Source of the DNA: Vitrella brassicaformis CCMP3155
Lineage: Eukaryota; Protista; Chromerida
NCBI GenBank assembly: GCA_001179505.1
Contig: CDMY01000666.1
Location: 124,001-188,000, forward strand
Length of the DNA stretch: 64,000 bases
Direction: 5' to 3'
In this document: piece after piece, positions 35,665-47,619 of the stretch
Position numbering within the stretch: position 1 is the stretch's first letter
Layout: each line of letters starts with the position of its first letter
Notes under the pieces: model-generated
Seen by the model: only the letters and a program-made list of their open reading frames with translations
Database searches by the model: none
What the model was told of the DNA's origin: nothing
Position numbers and translations under genes: made by a program

Positions 35665-37809
35665 TCAGGGCCGTTCACAGCCACCTGCCAATCGCCATGC
35701 CCATTGGGCACTGAAACACACACGCACACGCACGCACACACACCCCACACAACCACCCATACAATACACACGAACACGTGGGTGGGAGTCGCAAGACTTT
35801 GTTCCCCTCACCTGTCGTGTCTCCTTCTCAGGGATTATGACGTCCATGTAAGGATTGTCGTGAGGCGTCAGCGGGTCGGCGGGCCGGATCACATGGTCCA
35901 TGTGACGATACACAAACGGATCCTCACGCTCTCGCTCGCGCCCCCCAATCTCATCGTCTCTCCTGCTCTCCGACATCCTGGTCCGCCCCGCAGACCTCGA
36001 TCGCCTCCTCTCCCCTCCCGCCATCTCGCTCCCTGTCGCTCCTCTCCGATTGGCCGCTCCATTGGCGTGTTCGTCGTGTCTCTGCCGCCAGTTGCTGGGC
36101 GATAGCCAGTGGGCGGCTTGTGTGAGTTTGCTGCCGATGGGTGCGAGGGCGCCGGCCATGTCTTGCCAGAAAGGGTGGGAGAAATCGAGCTCGAAATCCT
36201 TGTCCCATAGGCTGCAGAGACCCGCCCGGATGACGGGCGCCGCTGTGCTCGTGCTGGAAGGCCTCTCGTGTCTCTCAATGGGCTCTGCGTTCGGTCCAAT
36301 CTGGCTAAATCTTGCCGATACTGTGTGTTGGTCCTTGTCTATCGACGTCGGGGGCGAAGATGGCTCGGGAAAAGGAATTCCACGTCGATCATTTCTTCCC
36401 TCGCCAAAAGGAGAAGAGAAACGGTCCAGGTGCGTATGTCGCCCATACGACGGGCGCCCCAGCAGCACACAGTCCTCATCGTCGCTGTCCGCTTCATCCA
36501 GGCAGGCAGGTCTCTCCGGCAAAGTCACTCTGGGCTTCAGAAACATCTCCGAGTGGGACGCGGAGCGGTCAATCGACGCCGCCCTCAGGTCCGGCCTGCT
36601 CGGCACGTTCGAGCTGGACGATGCCTCCCGTATGGTGCTTAGAGCAGCCGGGAGGCCGTCGGCCTGGAATGCAGAGGGCGACAGGGGCGGGCTGCGGGGC
36701 CGCTCTGGCGGGACGACGAAGAGAGGCGGGCCGTATTCCACCACAGCAGGGGGAGGATGGCACGCCAGTGGGACAGCAGCGTGTGGATAGGGGAGCGGGT
36801 GAGGTGGGGCTTGCATAGGTGCAACGACAGGTGCTGGACCATTCTGCCCCACCAACGACTTGGCCTCAATAAGGGCGCGCACGAAGGCATTGTCGGGTAT
36901 GGGAGGGGTCCTTGTGAACGGCGGCGGGTTGTGGAAGGCGCCGAGAGGGGGAGGCTGAACAGACAGAAAACTAGCGGTGGGCTGCGGCGGGGCGAAAGCG
37001 GGCATCGGGTGCACGTCTCCTCCCCCACAACCGCCACCCGTCACAGTGTGTGGCACCACCGGAGCCCGCTGCTCCCGAACTCGCTCCAGAGATGCCCGGA
37101 ATGGCGTGAATGCTCTCTGGTCGGCGTTTGTGCGGGTGTCGGCTCCGCTTGTGATTCGGGGTCTCAGTGGCGATATCGATTCCCGCTGCAGCTTGGCCTG
37201 AAAGGGATGAATGGGACTCCCTTTGCCGCCCGAGTCGCGCTGAGCGGTGCCCCGCTGGCCGGTAGGTACATTTGCACTGCGGGCAACGGCGTGCGGCGCT
37301 GTAGGAAGGTCTGAGGACGCTGTGCGATTGGCGGAGTCGAGTGTGTCTGCGGTAGAGTGGACGAGAGCCCTCGCGTCTGCTCCACCAGCAAGGCCGCGCT
37401 TCACGGTCTTCTCCTCGCTCGTCCTGTGGCTCCTCTCGCTCGTCTGGCGGGCACGCAGTTCTTCGAGAAGTTCATCAGCTCCCTCAAAGGCATCGTGCAT
37501 GCGGCGTCGCGGTGAGATGTCCCTGTCCATCGATTTCAGGCAGCGGTTTGGTTCAGCTTGAGACGGGGGCGGAGCGGGGGCCTTTGCGAGCTTGAGAGAG
37601 ATCTTCAAGGAGCTCTGATAAATCGATAGATCTGCGTGGCGAATCGGTTGATGATGCGACCTTTCGCTGCTGGGCGTGGCTTGTCCATCGCATTTCCCTG
37701 ACAGGTGAGCAAAGGAGCATACGGATGGCGGTTGACCACACGCCCTCGCCACTGTTGCTGCAGGGCCTTCTTCGTTGCGTGTGTCTTTTGGGCCACTGCT
37801 ATCATCCAT
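35665..37809 (-). CDS. Hypothetical Pro/Ser-rich, largely disordered protein
   Basis: 740-codon open frame with coding-like core (MDRDISPRRRMHDAFEGADELLEELRARQ; WDKDFELDFSHPFWQDM). Probable introns near both ends; start (37809, 37860 or 37887) uncertain. Confidence 0.55.
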   Translation of the reverse strand: MDDSSGPKDTRNEEGPAATVARACGQPPSVCSFAHLSGKCDGQATPSSERSHHQPIRHADLSIYQSSLKISLKLAKAPAPPPSQAEPNRCLKSMDRDISPRRRMHDAFEGADELLEELRARQTSERSHRTSEEKTVKRGLAGGADARALVHSTADTLDSANRTASSDLPTAPHAVARSANVPTGQRGTAQRDSGGKGSPIHPFQAKLQRESISPLRPRITSGADTRTNADQRAFTPFRASLERVREQRAPVVPHTVTGGGCGGGDVHPMPAFAPPQPTASFLSVQPPPLGAFHNPPPFTRTPPIPDNAFVRALIEAKSLVGQNGPAPVVAPMQAPPHPLPYPHAAVPLACHPPPAVVEYGPPLFVVPPERPRSPPLSPSAFQADGLPAALSTIREASSSSNVPSRPDLRAASIDRSASHSEMFLKPRVTLPERPACLDEADSDDEDCVLLGRPSYGRHTHLDRFSSPFGEGRNDRRGIPFPEPSSPPTSIDKDQHTVSARFSQIGPNAEPIERHERPSSTSTAAPVIRAGLCSLWDKDFELDFSHPFWQDMAGALAPIGSKLTQAAHWLSPSNWRQRHDEHANGAANRRGATGSEMAGGERRRSRSAGRTRMSESRRDDEIGGREREREDPFVYRHMDHVIRPADPLTPHDNPYMDVIIPEKETRQVRGTKSCDSHPRVRVYCMGGCVGCVCVRVRVCFSAQWAWRLAGGCERP

Positions 37810-37880
37810 GGCGCCTTCAACAGATGGGACGGCCTCCCTCCCCTTCTCTCTCGCCACCATAATCGGGTCGGCAGGGGCAG

Positions 37881-40570
37881 ATGTCATTCATTACACGTGG
37901 GTGGGCGTGCTGTCATCCATCCTCTTCTCGTCTGCCGGCAGGAATGTGTGTCACCGGCTGGGGCCTCACCCAGCCAAGAAATCGGACAGAAGATGCGCCT
38001 TCTATCTTTTCCTGGTCGCCGGCCTGCTGCTGGTGGCGGCTGTGTCATCTCTGCCCACCCCTTTCCATGTGAGCCCGCCCATAGTGCCATCGCGACGAGT
38101 GGCCGTGAAGCCGCCACGGGCGATGAGCGGCGAGAGCACCGCAGCGGGCACCAATGTGACAGCCAAGGGGATCAGTAGGTATCCGCCAGAGGTGCAGGAG
38201 CTGCTTTCGAAGATGCGATGCTCCACTGATGGCATCTGGCCACAGGTCAGGTGGGCGGGGGGNNNNNNNNNNNNNNNNNNNNNNNNNNNNNNNNNNNNNN
38301 NNNNNNNNNNNNNNNNNNNNNNNNNNNNNNNNNNNNNNNNNNNNNNNNNNNNNNNNNNNNNNNNNNNNNNNNNNNNNNNNNNNNNNNNNNNNNNNNNNNN
38401 NNNNNNNNNNNNNNNNNNNNNNNNNNNNNNNNNNNNNNNNNNNNNNNNNNNNNNNNNNNNNNNNNNNNNNNNNNNNNNNNNNNNNNNNNNNNNNNNNNNN
38501 NNNNNNNNNNNNNNNNNNNNNNNNNNNNNNNNNNNNNNNNNNNNNNNNNNNNNNNNNNNNNNGGGGGGGCAGGGGAGGATGGGCGGGGTGCAGATGCTCT
38601 GTTCATATCTCTGTGTGTGTCAGGTGATGGTCTGTCTGTTCGAGGGCCTGCACGCGCTGGTCTCTCATCGTTTTGAGGTGAAAAAAACATCACACACACA
38701 CGTGCCCAAATCGGTCTCTCTCTCTCTCTCTGTGCATGCACTCATTTGCCGGCAGGAGTCGAAGCGTCAGCTTACGAATCTGGTGGAGATGGCCTCCTCC
38801 GATCTGCGTGAGGCCCTCAGCTGCGGCCTTGGGGTGGCCACCGTATATCGAGGGCTCGCTCACGCGTACTGCGCAAATGACGACCTCGAGGCAAGGAACA
38901 AAAGCCTGTACCAGGAACCTTACACCATCACGCCATCAAAGGCTGCTCCTGTTCTATCTTTTCATGCAGGGCCATGCGCGTCTGCGGGCCCATCAGGTGT
39001 GTTTGCGCCTGCTGCATTTGTCGATGGACTTCGTAACTGAGAGTTTCGTCAAGAGCGGCAACTCGGGCGCCTTCATCGACGAGTCGTCTTGGCCCATCAC
39101 CATAAAGGAGCTGGTCGACGAGCTCAACAGCGTGGCCGGCACACTCACACACGTATATATATCATGCCCGAGGAGAATGGCGGGGGCAAGAGGTGCACAA
39201 TGCTCCCTTGTGTTGTGTGTGTGTCAGGTGATGAGGGCCCCCGCAGGCCATCCAGTGCGCTTGCCCGATGTGCCGCAGACGTATCGTGATCCGTCGCTGA
39301 AGATCGGCATCGTCAGTCTGTGTGCATACCCGCCGGACCACCCACTGCCGCCCCTCGCCATATCCAACAAGGTCCGCCGCACCCAGATCCCACACACACC
39401 CAATCACCTGTGTGTGTCTCTCTTCATGCATTCAGGAGTTGTACGCGTCTTATCATGGCTACCCTCTGTATGTGGAGACCAACAGAATATTCCCCGACCG
39501 GCCGGCCGCGTGGGGCAAGATCCGCCTCGTGCAGCAGGCCATCAGGGCCACCAAGACCAGTTCCACGTCGCTGCCTCTGCCGGCTGTGGATTGGGTATTC
39601 TGGATGGACTGCGACAGCTACTTCATGAACTTCAACATCACACTCGACTCCATACTCTTGCGATATGCCGGCACCCAGAGCCTGGACGGCACTGGCAGCA
39701 GCAGCGACACATATGAGGTGGACCCGTCAGTGCGTCTGCTGGTGACGGAGGACGGGTCGATGCTCAACACGGGGGTGTTCTTCACCAGGGCCACACGCAC
39801 CAACTGGGAGATGCTGCAGCGGGTGTGGGGGGAGGAAGACTCACCGTTCATCAACCACCCATGGTGAATACATGGGCAAAAGCGAGCCATGGACGCATCT
39901 GTGCACTCATGTGTGTGTGTCTCTCTCTGTTTACTAGGTGGGAGAACGCGGCCATGACGTGGGAGCTGCTCAAAGACCTGCCGAGAAAGGCCTTGAATAT
40001 CGACTCGGTGAGCGGCGATACAAATGCGAAAATAGACATCACTGCCTGCCTGCCTGCCGCCCTTACACACAGGATTACGAGCCGAGTGTGGGTGGAGATG
40101 GCTCCCATGAGGAGCTGGTGAGGGCCTCTCTGTCGTTTGTATATCCCGAGGGCGTGCTGCTGGTGCCCCAGTACGAGTGGAACTCATACCACCCCATAAC
40201 CTCACGGCTGCTGATGGACACCTGGGAACCAAACAAGTTCATCCTCGCATTCTCCGGTCAGCCACAGCCAGACCAACACCACACCAAACGAGACACCACT
40301 GCAAACAGCTGCACACGCACCCCTGTTTGTTTTACGTGTGGTCCATCCATGGATTCAGGTGTCCCCAGCAGCAGCAGCCCAGCGGTGCTGCGGCACCTCT
40401 TTCTCAACTACTACAGGCAGGCCTGTGACCTCAACCCACCCGAGACTCTCAGCAAGCGGGCCGAGGCAGCCGCCTGGACGAGTGGGGCGGTGCCTTCCCC
40501 TGTGGACAGCTGCCGGGAAGTGGTAGACAGACACACACTGCCGCTGCCGTGGGCAGACACGGCCGTGTGA
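37881..40570 (+). CDS. Glycosyltransferase family 34 (GMA12/MNN10-like), interrupted by an assembly gap
   Basis: Type II anchor FYLFLVAGLLLVAAV; ELYASYHGYPLYV...RPAAWGKIRLVQQ; DWVFWMDCDSYFMNFNITL (DxD); LVTEDGSMLNTGVFF; PWWENAAM; EWNSYHP...WEPNKFILAFSG. These are GT34 hallmarks. Confidence 0.85.
38263..38562. other. Assembly gap (300 N)
   Basis: N run flanked by poly-G inside the first part of the GT34 gene. Confidence 0.99.
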
Positions 40571-40798
40571 TGTGGTGGGAAGACGTGATGGCGTGATGGA
40601 TGGATGGATGCATCGATGGATTGATGTGACGTGTGTGTGCGCGTGATGCGACGCAATTGATGCGACGAATCCAGTCAGCGGAGAAGACTCTCCGCTTCAT
40701 GCATTCGATCATGATTTCGATGTACGGAATGTGTGCATACAGCATAACCAGAGCGACAGCGACATAGAATATGGCATGGCCGAAATGCACGACGTAAG

Positions 40799-41311
40799 AT
40801 GTCGTGCCGCCGCCACCAGCGCGAGCTCAAGGAAGAAGCCCCCACTCGCCCCCCGTGTGGAGGAAAGAAGAAAAGAGTCAAAGAAGCCACAGCAGCGGCA
40901 TCGTACAGCATTGTGCAGCATCATAAAGACAAGATGGACGTATTGGCCTTCTTCATGGGGGTTTCGATGTTTTTCTATCTCCTCTTCGGTTTCATCGAGT
41001 ACACCGGATCCTTCTTCCTCGAGACCGTGCAGCTCAACCCCCACATCCCACTCGACGAGCACCTTCAGGTCATCAGGCGCTGATTGAGCCCGCAAGAAGC
41101 TCAGCTAACTGACTCACTTACCCAGCCAATTGATACCATGGTGGCCGTGCCGTTCTTTGTGACGACTGTTGCGGTGGTGTGGGGCGGAATGACGGTTGGT
41201 GGATTGGTGATGAGCATCATCATGGCTGTGTGTCAATTCCTCGACAACCAAGTCGACTTGTCGCTGTGGGACAGCGTCCGCATCGCCTGGATCCCCTCGT
41301 GTGAGTGGTGA
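40799..41311 (+). CDS. Probable exons of a small membrane protein
   Basis: C/G-ending codons encode hydrophobic helices VLAFFMGVSMFFYLLFGFIEY and VAVPFFVTTVAVVWGGMTVGGLVMSIIMAV, joinable by a 57-nt GT..CTAAC..CAG intron. A strong GTAAGT..CAG intron on the minus strand at the same spot makes the strand ambiguous. Confidence 0.3.
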
Positions 41312-42274
41312 GGGACGTGCGCCGACTCAAGTAAGAAATGCGCTCTCTCTCTCTCTGTGTCTCATTCTCTCTCTCCCTCCATGTCTCCGTCCTGTTATCC
41401 TTCCCTTTTGACCCTCAGACCTTTGAGGGCCTTGGGGCTCGTCTCTTCTCGTTCTCGTCCAGTTCGTCCGAGTCGTCACTTGACTGGCCGAGGAAGGGAC
41501 TTCGTTTGGTGCGGGGTTTCCATCTTTTCTCTCCGTTTTTGAGGGCAGCGGCAAATCAGTCCAGCAGAGATCAAGCCATGAGCCCACAGCATGATGGTGC
41601 TGCTTTGCGGTGGTTCGCGGGGCGTGGCTAATGGGCACTTTGTGGTGGACACTTTGCTCGGAGAAACAAAGAAGCTGCGCAGCATCCCGGGTATGGCCCT
41701 CGTTGATCCCATTGCATGAGTGAGGACGGCCTGGAGAGACACACCAGGTGAGACTGCCTGCCAGGCAACCTGCATATTCACACCTCTCTGCATGGCTGTG
41801 TGTCTCCTCCTCCAGCCTTTTGCCGAGGAGCGGCTGAGGCCTGTCCATCCTCTCTGACTCAACGCACATCAAAAGACAGGAAGGTCCAGAGGCCGAGCAG
41901 TTACAGCCCAGAGGGACGTTATGCGACCCCGTGGCCGTGATGATCGAAGACGGGGGGCCCAATGTGTAAAGCAGCCACACACCCCTAACGAGACATGACA
42001 TGGCTGCGTGCCGACCAGACGCCGATAGCGCCATCCTTGGCCCACTATCGGCGCCTCGAGCCCTCTTTTGCTCCGGCCGCTGCCACATAGGCCCGATCGT
42101 GTCAGCGCGTCAGCGCCCGTCAGTCTCACAGCGAGTCATCACCATTACCCTCAAGAGTCGCCTGCCGTCACTCATTCGAATGGACAACAACGGTCAGCGA
42201 ACCTTCCGCCTTAGCAGCTCATGTCTCTGATCCCCGCCCCATATCCCCCCTGGTCCTATCGTGCCTGAAGGGCT

Positions 42275-43339
42275 ATGTCGGCACTGAGCAGCCTCTCGCC
42301 TTCCAGCACCAGATGCAACCGAGAGACTGCTTCTCTATATGAAGGCGCGGCACCGTCGCCAAGCGGCCAAGAAGGCACACACGAGAGGGCCCCGGCTGAG
42401 GCAGTGGGGGCCGCCACTGCGGCCATCTCATTCACACGAGCAAGCTACCCTGCCGGCAGCTCAGCTAGCCAATGGCCATATGATCTCGGCCTGTCTCTAT
42501 CGTCGCTGCCCTCATCTGGCCACTGCTTACGCCTCGGTGATGGCATCACACAAGGGACGGCAGCCCCAGCCAGCGACCCACTGATGTACCCACCGAGTGG
42601 CGGGTCCGCCAGATGGGGCGATGCTGAGGATGCGCAGCTCCCCCCGCCCAACCCTCCACTCATGCGCAGACCCACGTCGTCCCAGTCGTTTTATGGCGTG
42701 TTGGTCCCTGACATCACTCTTCGAGGGCCCCCTCTGCGGCAAGGCAATCAGCGGGACAGCTGTAGGCGCGAGAAAGTCGAGTTCCCTCGGAGCCTTGCCG
42801 ATCGATCCGTCGCGGCCTCACGAGGAGAGAGGAGACGCGAAGCATGCTGCAGATGTCTCACTGCCCCCGTCTCGCCTCTGTCCTTGCCGTGTCGCCCGCC
42901 CTTCCACTCTGTGTGGACGCTTGGGCAACAAAGTCTACCTCACGGTGACGTCCCCCCGATGCCAACCAAGTCATTCTATGGGGCTGCGGCATATTGTCGG
43001 TGTGCTTCAGCAGCCCCGAGAGACACAAAGGATCAAGTCCATCAGCAGGGGACATCCCGCCGCCTCACTTGCCCGGCAGAGACCTCCCCTCTCCGACGGC
43101 TCGACACGACTGTGCGCCCGGTGACAAGGCAGCGGCTGCGTCGTGTCTCCGTCTGCGACAAGGAAGGTGATAAGGTGCGGCCCGCCGGGCCTTTTGGCTC
43201 TCTGCCCCCGTCGTCTCCGTGGCGCTGCCGACACCATCCCACGGCAGTCTTGTGTTTCGCTTCGTTGCGGAAAATGTCCCGTATGGGCACTGCCGTTGTG
43301 CGTGAGGGCATGTTCATTGCTGGGAGTGTTTTCCCGTGA
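42275..43339 (+). CDS. Intronless hypothetical protein (354 aa)
   Basis: Long ATG-initiated ORF without microsatellite content; no recognisable motif. Confidence 0.4.
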   Translation: MSALSSLSPSSTRCNRETASLYEGAAPSPSGQEGTHERAPAEAVGAATAAISFTRASYPAGSSASQWPYDLGLSLSSLPSSGHCLRLGDGITQGTAAPASDPLMYPPSGGSARWGDAEDAQLPPPNPPLMRRPTSSQSFYGVLVPDITLRGPPLRQGNQRDSCRREKVEFPRSLADRSVAASRGERRREACCRCLTAPVSPLSLPCRPPFHSVWTLGQQSLPHGDVPPMPTKSFYGAAAYCRCASAAPRDTKDQVHQQGTSRRLTCPAETSPLRRLDTTVRPVTRQRLRRVSVCDKEGDKVRPAGPFGSLPPSSPWRCRHHPTAVLCFASLRKMSRMGTAVVREGMFIAGSVFP

Positions 43340-43809
43340 GAACGTGTTGTTTGCTCGGGAGGGCTATTTCTCTGTGTACGTAAGTCAGCCAGATGCCTGT
43401 CGATTCATGTCATCCTTATTTGCTTACACACTCACTGACGCCCCAGCCTTTGCTCAAACGGCGCGTCTCTCTTGTGGTGTCGCGTCTATGAGGCGATTGC
43501 ATGTTTGTTTGCTTTCGTTGTATCTCTTTTTCGTCTGGCACTTCTCCTGCTTGGGAAGGGGAGATTTTCTTGACGATTAGTGGGTGTGGGTCGAGGCCGT
43601 GTTTGTGCTTTGTGCTTTTGGCCCTTCCAAACAGAGACGCCTCGTGTACATTAAACGCACATGCGCAGCGGCATGCAGTTTCTTTCTGCGGGGATTTCAT
43701 GGGTGTCATTCACGCAAAACAATCAGCTGTAAGACGCTGCTGCATTGAGTGTACGTGTCTCTGATCGGTGTGTCTCAACATAAACCATATGTACACACAC
43801 CCAGTAACG

Positions 43810-44068
43810 AAACAAAGTCATCCTCGCATTCTCAATCAGACCCCCCCGAGACACTCACCAAGCGGGCCGAGGTGGCCGCCTGGACGAGTGGGGCGGTGCC
43901 TTCCCCTGTGGACACCTGCCGGGAAGTGGTAGACAGACACACACTGCCGCTGCCGTGGGCAGAGGCGGCCGCGTGATAAGCTAATGGGGGCGTGAGGGGG
44001 ATGGATGGATGGATGGACTGGTGTGACTTGTGCGTGATGCGACGAATCCAGTCAGCGGAGAAGACCTG
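43810..44068 (+). pseudogene. Duplicated, internally deleted 3' fragment of the GT34 gene plus part of its 3' UTR
   Basis: 43810-43833 resembles 40231-40254 and is fused to a copy of about 40435-40690 (PPETLTKRAEVAAWTSGAVPSPVDTCREVVDRHTLPLPWAEAAA* versus PPETLSKRAEAAAW...WADTAV*). Confidence 0.85.
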
Positions 44069-44518
44069 GCTTGTCCGCACCATCGAATTCGATGTAGCCG
44101 TGTGTACGTGTGAGATGCGACACATTCAGTGTGAGATGCGACACATTCAGGGTTCCTGAGTTCATTCACTCCATGCATGTCGATATGGTCTTCACCAAAA
44201 AAGTCTCACATGCCAATCTGTCGACATGGCTGTAAGTATGTCTGTCTGTCTGTCCATACATTCACACGTTCAAGGCAGCCACGGGAAAAAGGGACCGACT
44301 TATAAGAGATCCACATCATCGCATGAAAACCCTTCCCTCTTCCGCACCGCCGGCCGCCCACAATCCATCGCACAGCGAGCCGCATACCTGACAGAACACG
44401 GACAGACGACAAAAGGGAAAAGAAACACGACCCTCATTTCAATTCCCCCTCTTCCCATGAAAGGGAGTCGCCGCATCGCACCTGGTGTGTGGTTGTGGTC
44501 TGTGCAGCTCGTCGCCTG

Positions 44519-45362
44519 TCAACCGAAGAGCATCTGAAACTGCTCGTTCGTCAGGGCGTCGCGCATGAGTCTGGTGGTCTGTGGGTGGCGGGATGGCCCC
44601 CGCTCTCCGCGCACCGCCCTCTCCGTGGTCAGCACCGCCACCTCGATGAGTAGGCCCTCCCTTTCCAGGTGCAGATAGGCGGCAAAGTCATGGCTCGCCT
44701 GGTCGCCGTGCAGGAACACCTCCCTGGTATGTTGGACTGGGAGTGTGTTGCTGCACTTGGTCGCAATGGTGTGGCGATTGAGGACGGGGGGCGGCTGGCT
44801 CACCAACTCCAGGAAGGATCCAGCGTCGGGCCCATGAATCGTCTTGCGGGTCGCGATGCTGAGCTGCATGGGGACCCAGTGAGGGAAGGGCACCAACCTG
44901 AATGGACGAACAGGCAAAGGAGGGAGAGGGAGGGTGTATGTGTGCGCTTTGGGGCTGCTCTCTGCTTGCCTCATCGTGATGGCATCACTGAACGACGCGT
45001 AGGTGTCATTAGTAAGTGCAATGCCCACCACACAATGAGGGCAGAGAAGCACTCCCATCTCGCTATGCGCTTGCTTACCTGTGCACGAGGGATCATTGCT
45101 GTTGAACGAGTTGCGATCTCGCGGGCGGTCATGCAGTCTGATGGGCACACCGCCCAGCTGCCCATCTTGCAGCACACCCGCGGCAGGCTGGTAAGGCATG
45201 GCCTGTGCACCGCGATACAGGCGATGGCCGAACAGCAGATACACCTTGATGCTGTCGGGGAGGCGGCTGTAGCTGGGCGTCGAACGCACCCTCTCCATGT
45301 CACTCGCCGACAGAGTGAGCGGCAGCGGCTCCTTCACACCTCTGCCGGACAAACCACACACA

Positions 45363-45394
<32 letters not shown>

Positions 45395-45771
45395 TACACA
45401 CACACACAGAGTGACAGTGAGCTCCGATGCCAATGTGCACTGTGTGAAAGCACTTACCCGCAGTGGTTGGCGATGCGCACCCGCCAGGCCCACTCCTCCC
45501 ACCCACGTATCCTCTCCAGCAGGCACATCAGGAACAACAGACAGCCCTCACCTGCCTCCGATTCCACAGCAAAGACGTCACTCAGACGCCGCTTCTCGAG
45601 AAGACGGCTGATCTGCCGCACAAGGAAGGCCGGGTTGACCAGCTGCCGGCCTCGGCGGTACGCGCAGCGGTAGGCCGCGAGTGTATCTGACGTCGAAAGG
45701 CGGTCGCCAATGGCTCCACGGGGGCCGTCAGGAAGCGTCGCAATATAGCATGTTTGTAGTCCGACAGTCAT
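44519..45771 (-). CDS. Hypothetical protein (lineage-specific family)
   Basis: MTVGLQTCYIATLPDGPRGAIGDRLSTSDTLAAYRCAYRRGRQLVNPAFLVRQISRLL..., GT-AG introns with (TG)n, final exon ...QFQMLFG* at 44519. Confidence 0.6.
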
Positions 45772-46028
45772 CGCGGCTTCTGGAGGGTTGCTTGGCCTTT
45801 CACAGAGCGCTCGCTTGTTGTCAACGAAGGAAGGAATGCACAGCGATCCTGTGCGAGCTTGAATTGGAGATCTGATGCCCCTGGGCAATACTGTCAGTGC
45901 TGTCGGCTTCGCGCATCGTCCGCACCGCTTTCGCCTTCCGCCTCCCTCATCCATCGCTGCTCTGCACCCACCACACACGGCCCATCAGCTGGGCTCACTC
46001 GTCAGCCGCGGCCCACCCGACAACAATC

Positions 46029-46680
46029 ATGAAAGCCTGGCGGACGGAGAAAGAGCGCCTCGAGGACGACCTGAAAGAGATCAACGAGAAGCTGGCAACG
46101 GAAGCAGACGACGCATGCCGGTCGCAGCTGCAGCAGGAGGCGCGTGAGCTGGTGCACAGACTGGCCAACGTGTACCGGGATGAACACGAAGATGATGATG
46201 ATGATGATCCGCCGGCCCTGGAGGGGCTGGATGACATCCCTCAGGTGCGTTCGCCACGACACGGATGGTCACATATGTGTCTTTCTGACGACAGTCTCTA
46301 TGTGGTTTGGTGTGGTGTGGTGTTGTTTTGTGTGGTGTCGTTGATGCCCACAGGTGGAGATCGACGCGGGGGTGTTCAAATATGCATTGATCGAGGCCAC
46401 GGACCCGTCGACCAAGGAGCGGAAGCCCTTCATCCGCGGCAGCACCGATGCGTCCTACCACTACCAGGCCGCCATGATGGTCACAGACAGACTGGATGCC
46501 CTCGGCATCGATTACGAGGTGACAGGAGGCGGCCGCATCCGCCACTCGCCAGCCAATAAGGAGATAGAGATCTACGGCTACTCCAACGCATACGGCCGGG
46601 CGGACCATGCGGTGACTGCTGAGCTGTGCCAGCAGAAGTACCCCAACTACAAAGTCACCTGGGGCAACTATGGCTACTGA
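46029..46680 (+). CDS. PHPT1: 14-kDa phosphohistidine phosphatase (Janus/Ocnus family) with N-terminal coiled-coil and acidic extension
   Basis: IPQ|VEIDAGVFKYALI...FIRGSTDASYHYQ...VTGGGRIRHSPANKEIEIYGYSNAYGRADHAVTAELCQQKYPNYKVTWGNYGY*, the family signature (G.FKY, YH, GGGRI.H, YGYS..YGRA.H). Confidence 0.92.
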
Positions 46681-47619
46681 TGGCAGAAGGACAAGGGCAG
46701 GGAGGGGAGGGGACGGCAGGGGAGGGAGGGTGGATGGACGCCTTAGAGTGTCGTGTGATGTGCATTTTGCCCTTTTGGTGATCTGCCGGATTGCCGGACA
46801 GACGGACAGATCAATCTCAATCAATGTGCTGCCTGTGGTTGGTGCGTGTGGGAGACCAACTTTCTTGCGTCGTGTACAGTGAGTAAAAAGGCTTATCAGT
46901 GTGTCGCTTTCGCTCAAATCGGAGCTTTACTAACACATGAGTGTGGTGGTGTGTCCATCCACCCAGCTGTCCATGCTACAGCACACCATGCGTCAATTAG
47001 CCTGCACGATGCGCACAACGACCTCTCACACTCACACAATCAGACAGCATTCAGACATACACCCGGCACGGCACACCCACAGCACTCCCACACGAGGGAT
47101 GCACGGGGCAGCCATGCCAAAAAACGGTCACATCAATCAGGCAGGCAGGCAGGCAGGGATGGGAACGTGCCGACCGCTCGGCCGTCTCCTCTCATGTGTG
47201 TGTGTGAGAAGAGAAGAAACAGCCGAACGGTTTGCGGCACCCCCTAGAGTGAGCAAACACTTCCCGCCCGCCCGTCACACACAGGTCAACCGAAGGCCGT
47301 CATGGCCAGCTCCACACACACATGGCATGGCCGGGCAGACACACCCACATGTGTGTGTGAGGGCTGGGGGGCAAAAGTGTTGAAACGACAGCCAGACGGT
47401 AACACAGCAGGAAGACGCAACTCTGCTACAGACGTACGCCGGTCAGTCAGTCGAGCACACACACACACACACAGCTCGTGCCCGCCCCCAGATAGAAGGT
47501 GAGTGGATCAATCCGTCCACAGCTCTCCCCTGTCGCCCCAAGCTACAATCCCCACTTCTCCCTCCCTCCCGCCCTTCCCACCCCGCCACCCTCGCCCTCC
47601 CCCCGGTGTGTGTGTGTGT

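Noticed and set aside
38250-38575. Poly-G flanks and long X-containing ORFs at the N gap
   Set aside because: The gap is a scaffolding artefact, probably caused by the G runs; ORFs spanning Ns are meaningless.
40709-41311. Minus-strand spliced reading (GTAAGT...CAG intron) giving a His/Asp/Glu-rich protein
   Set aside because: The product looks like the antisense shadow of a hydrophobic plus-strand frame; not fully excluded without RNA data.
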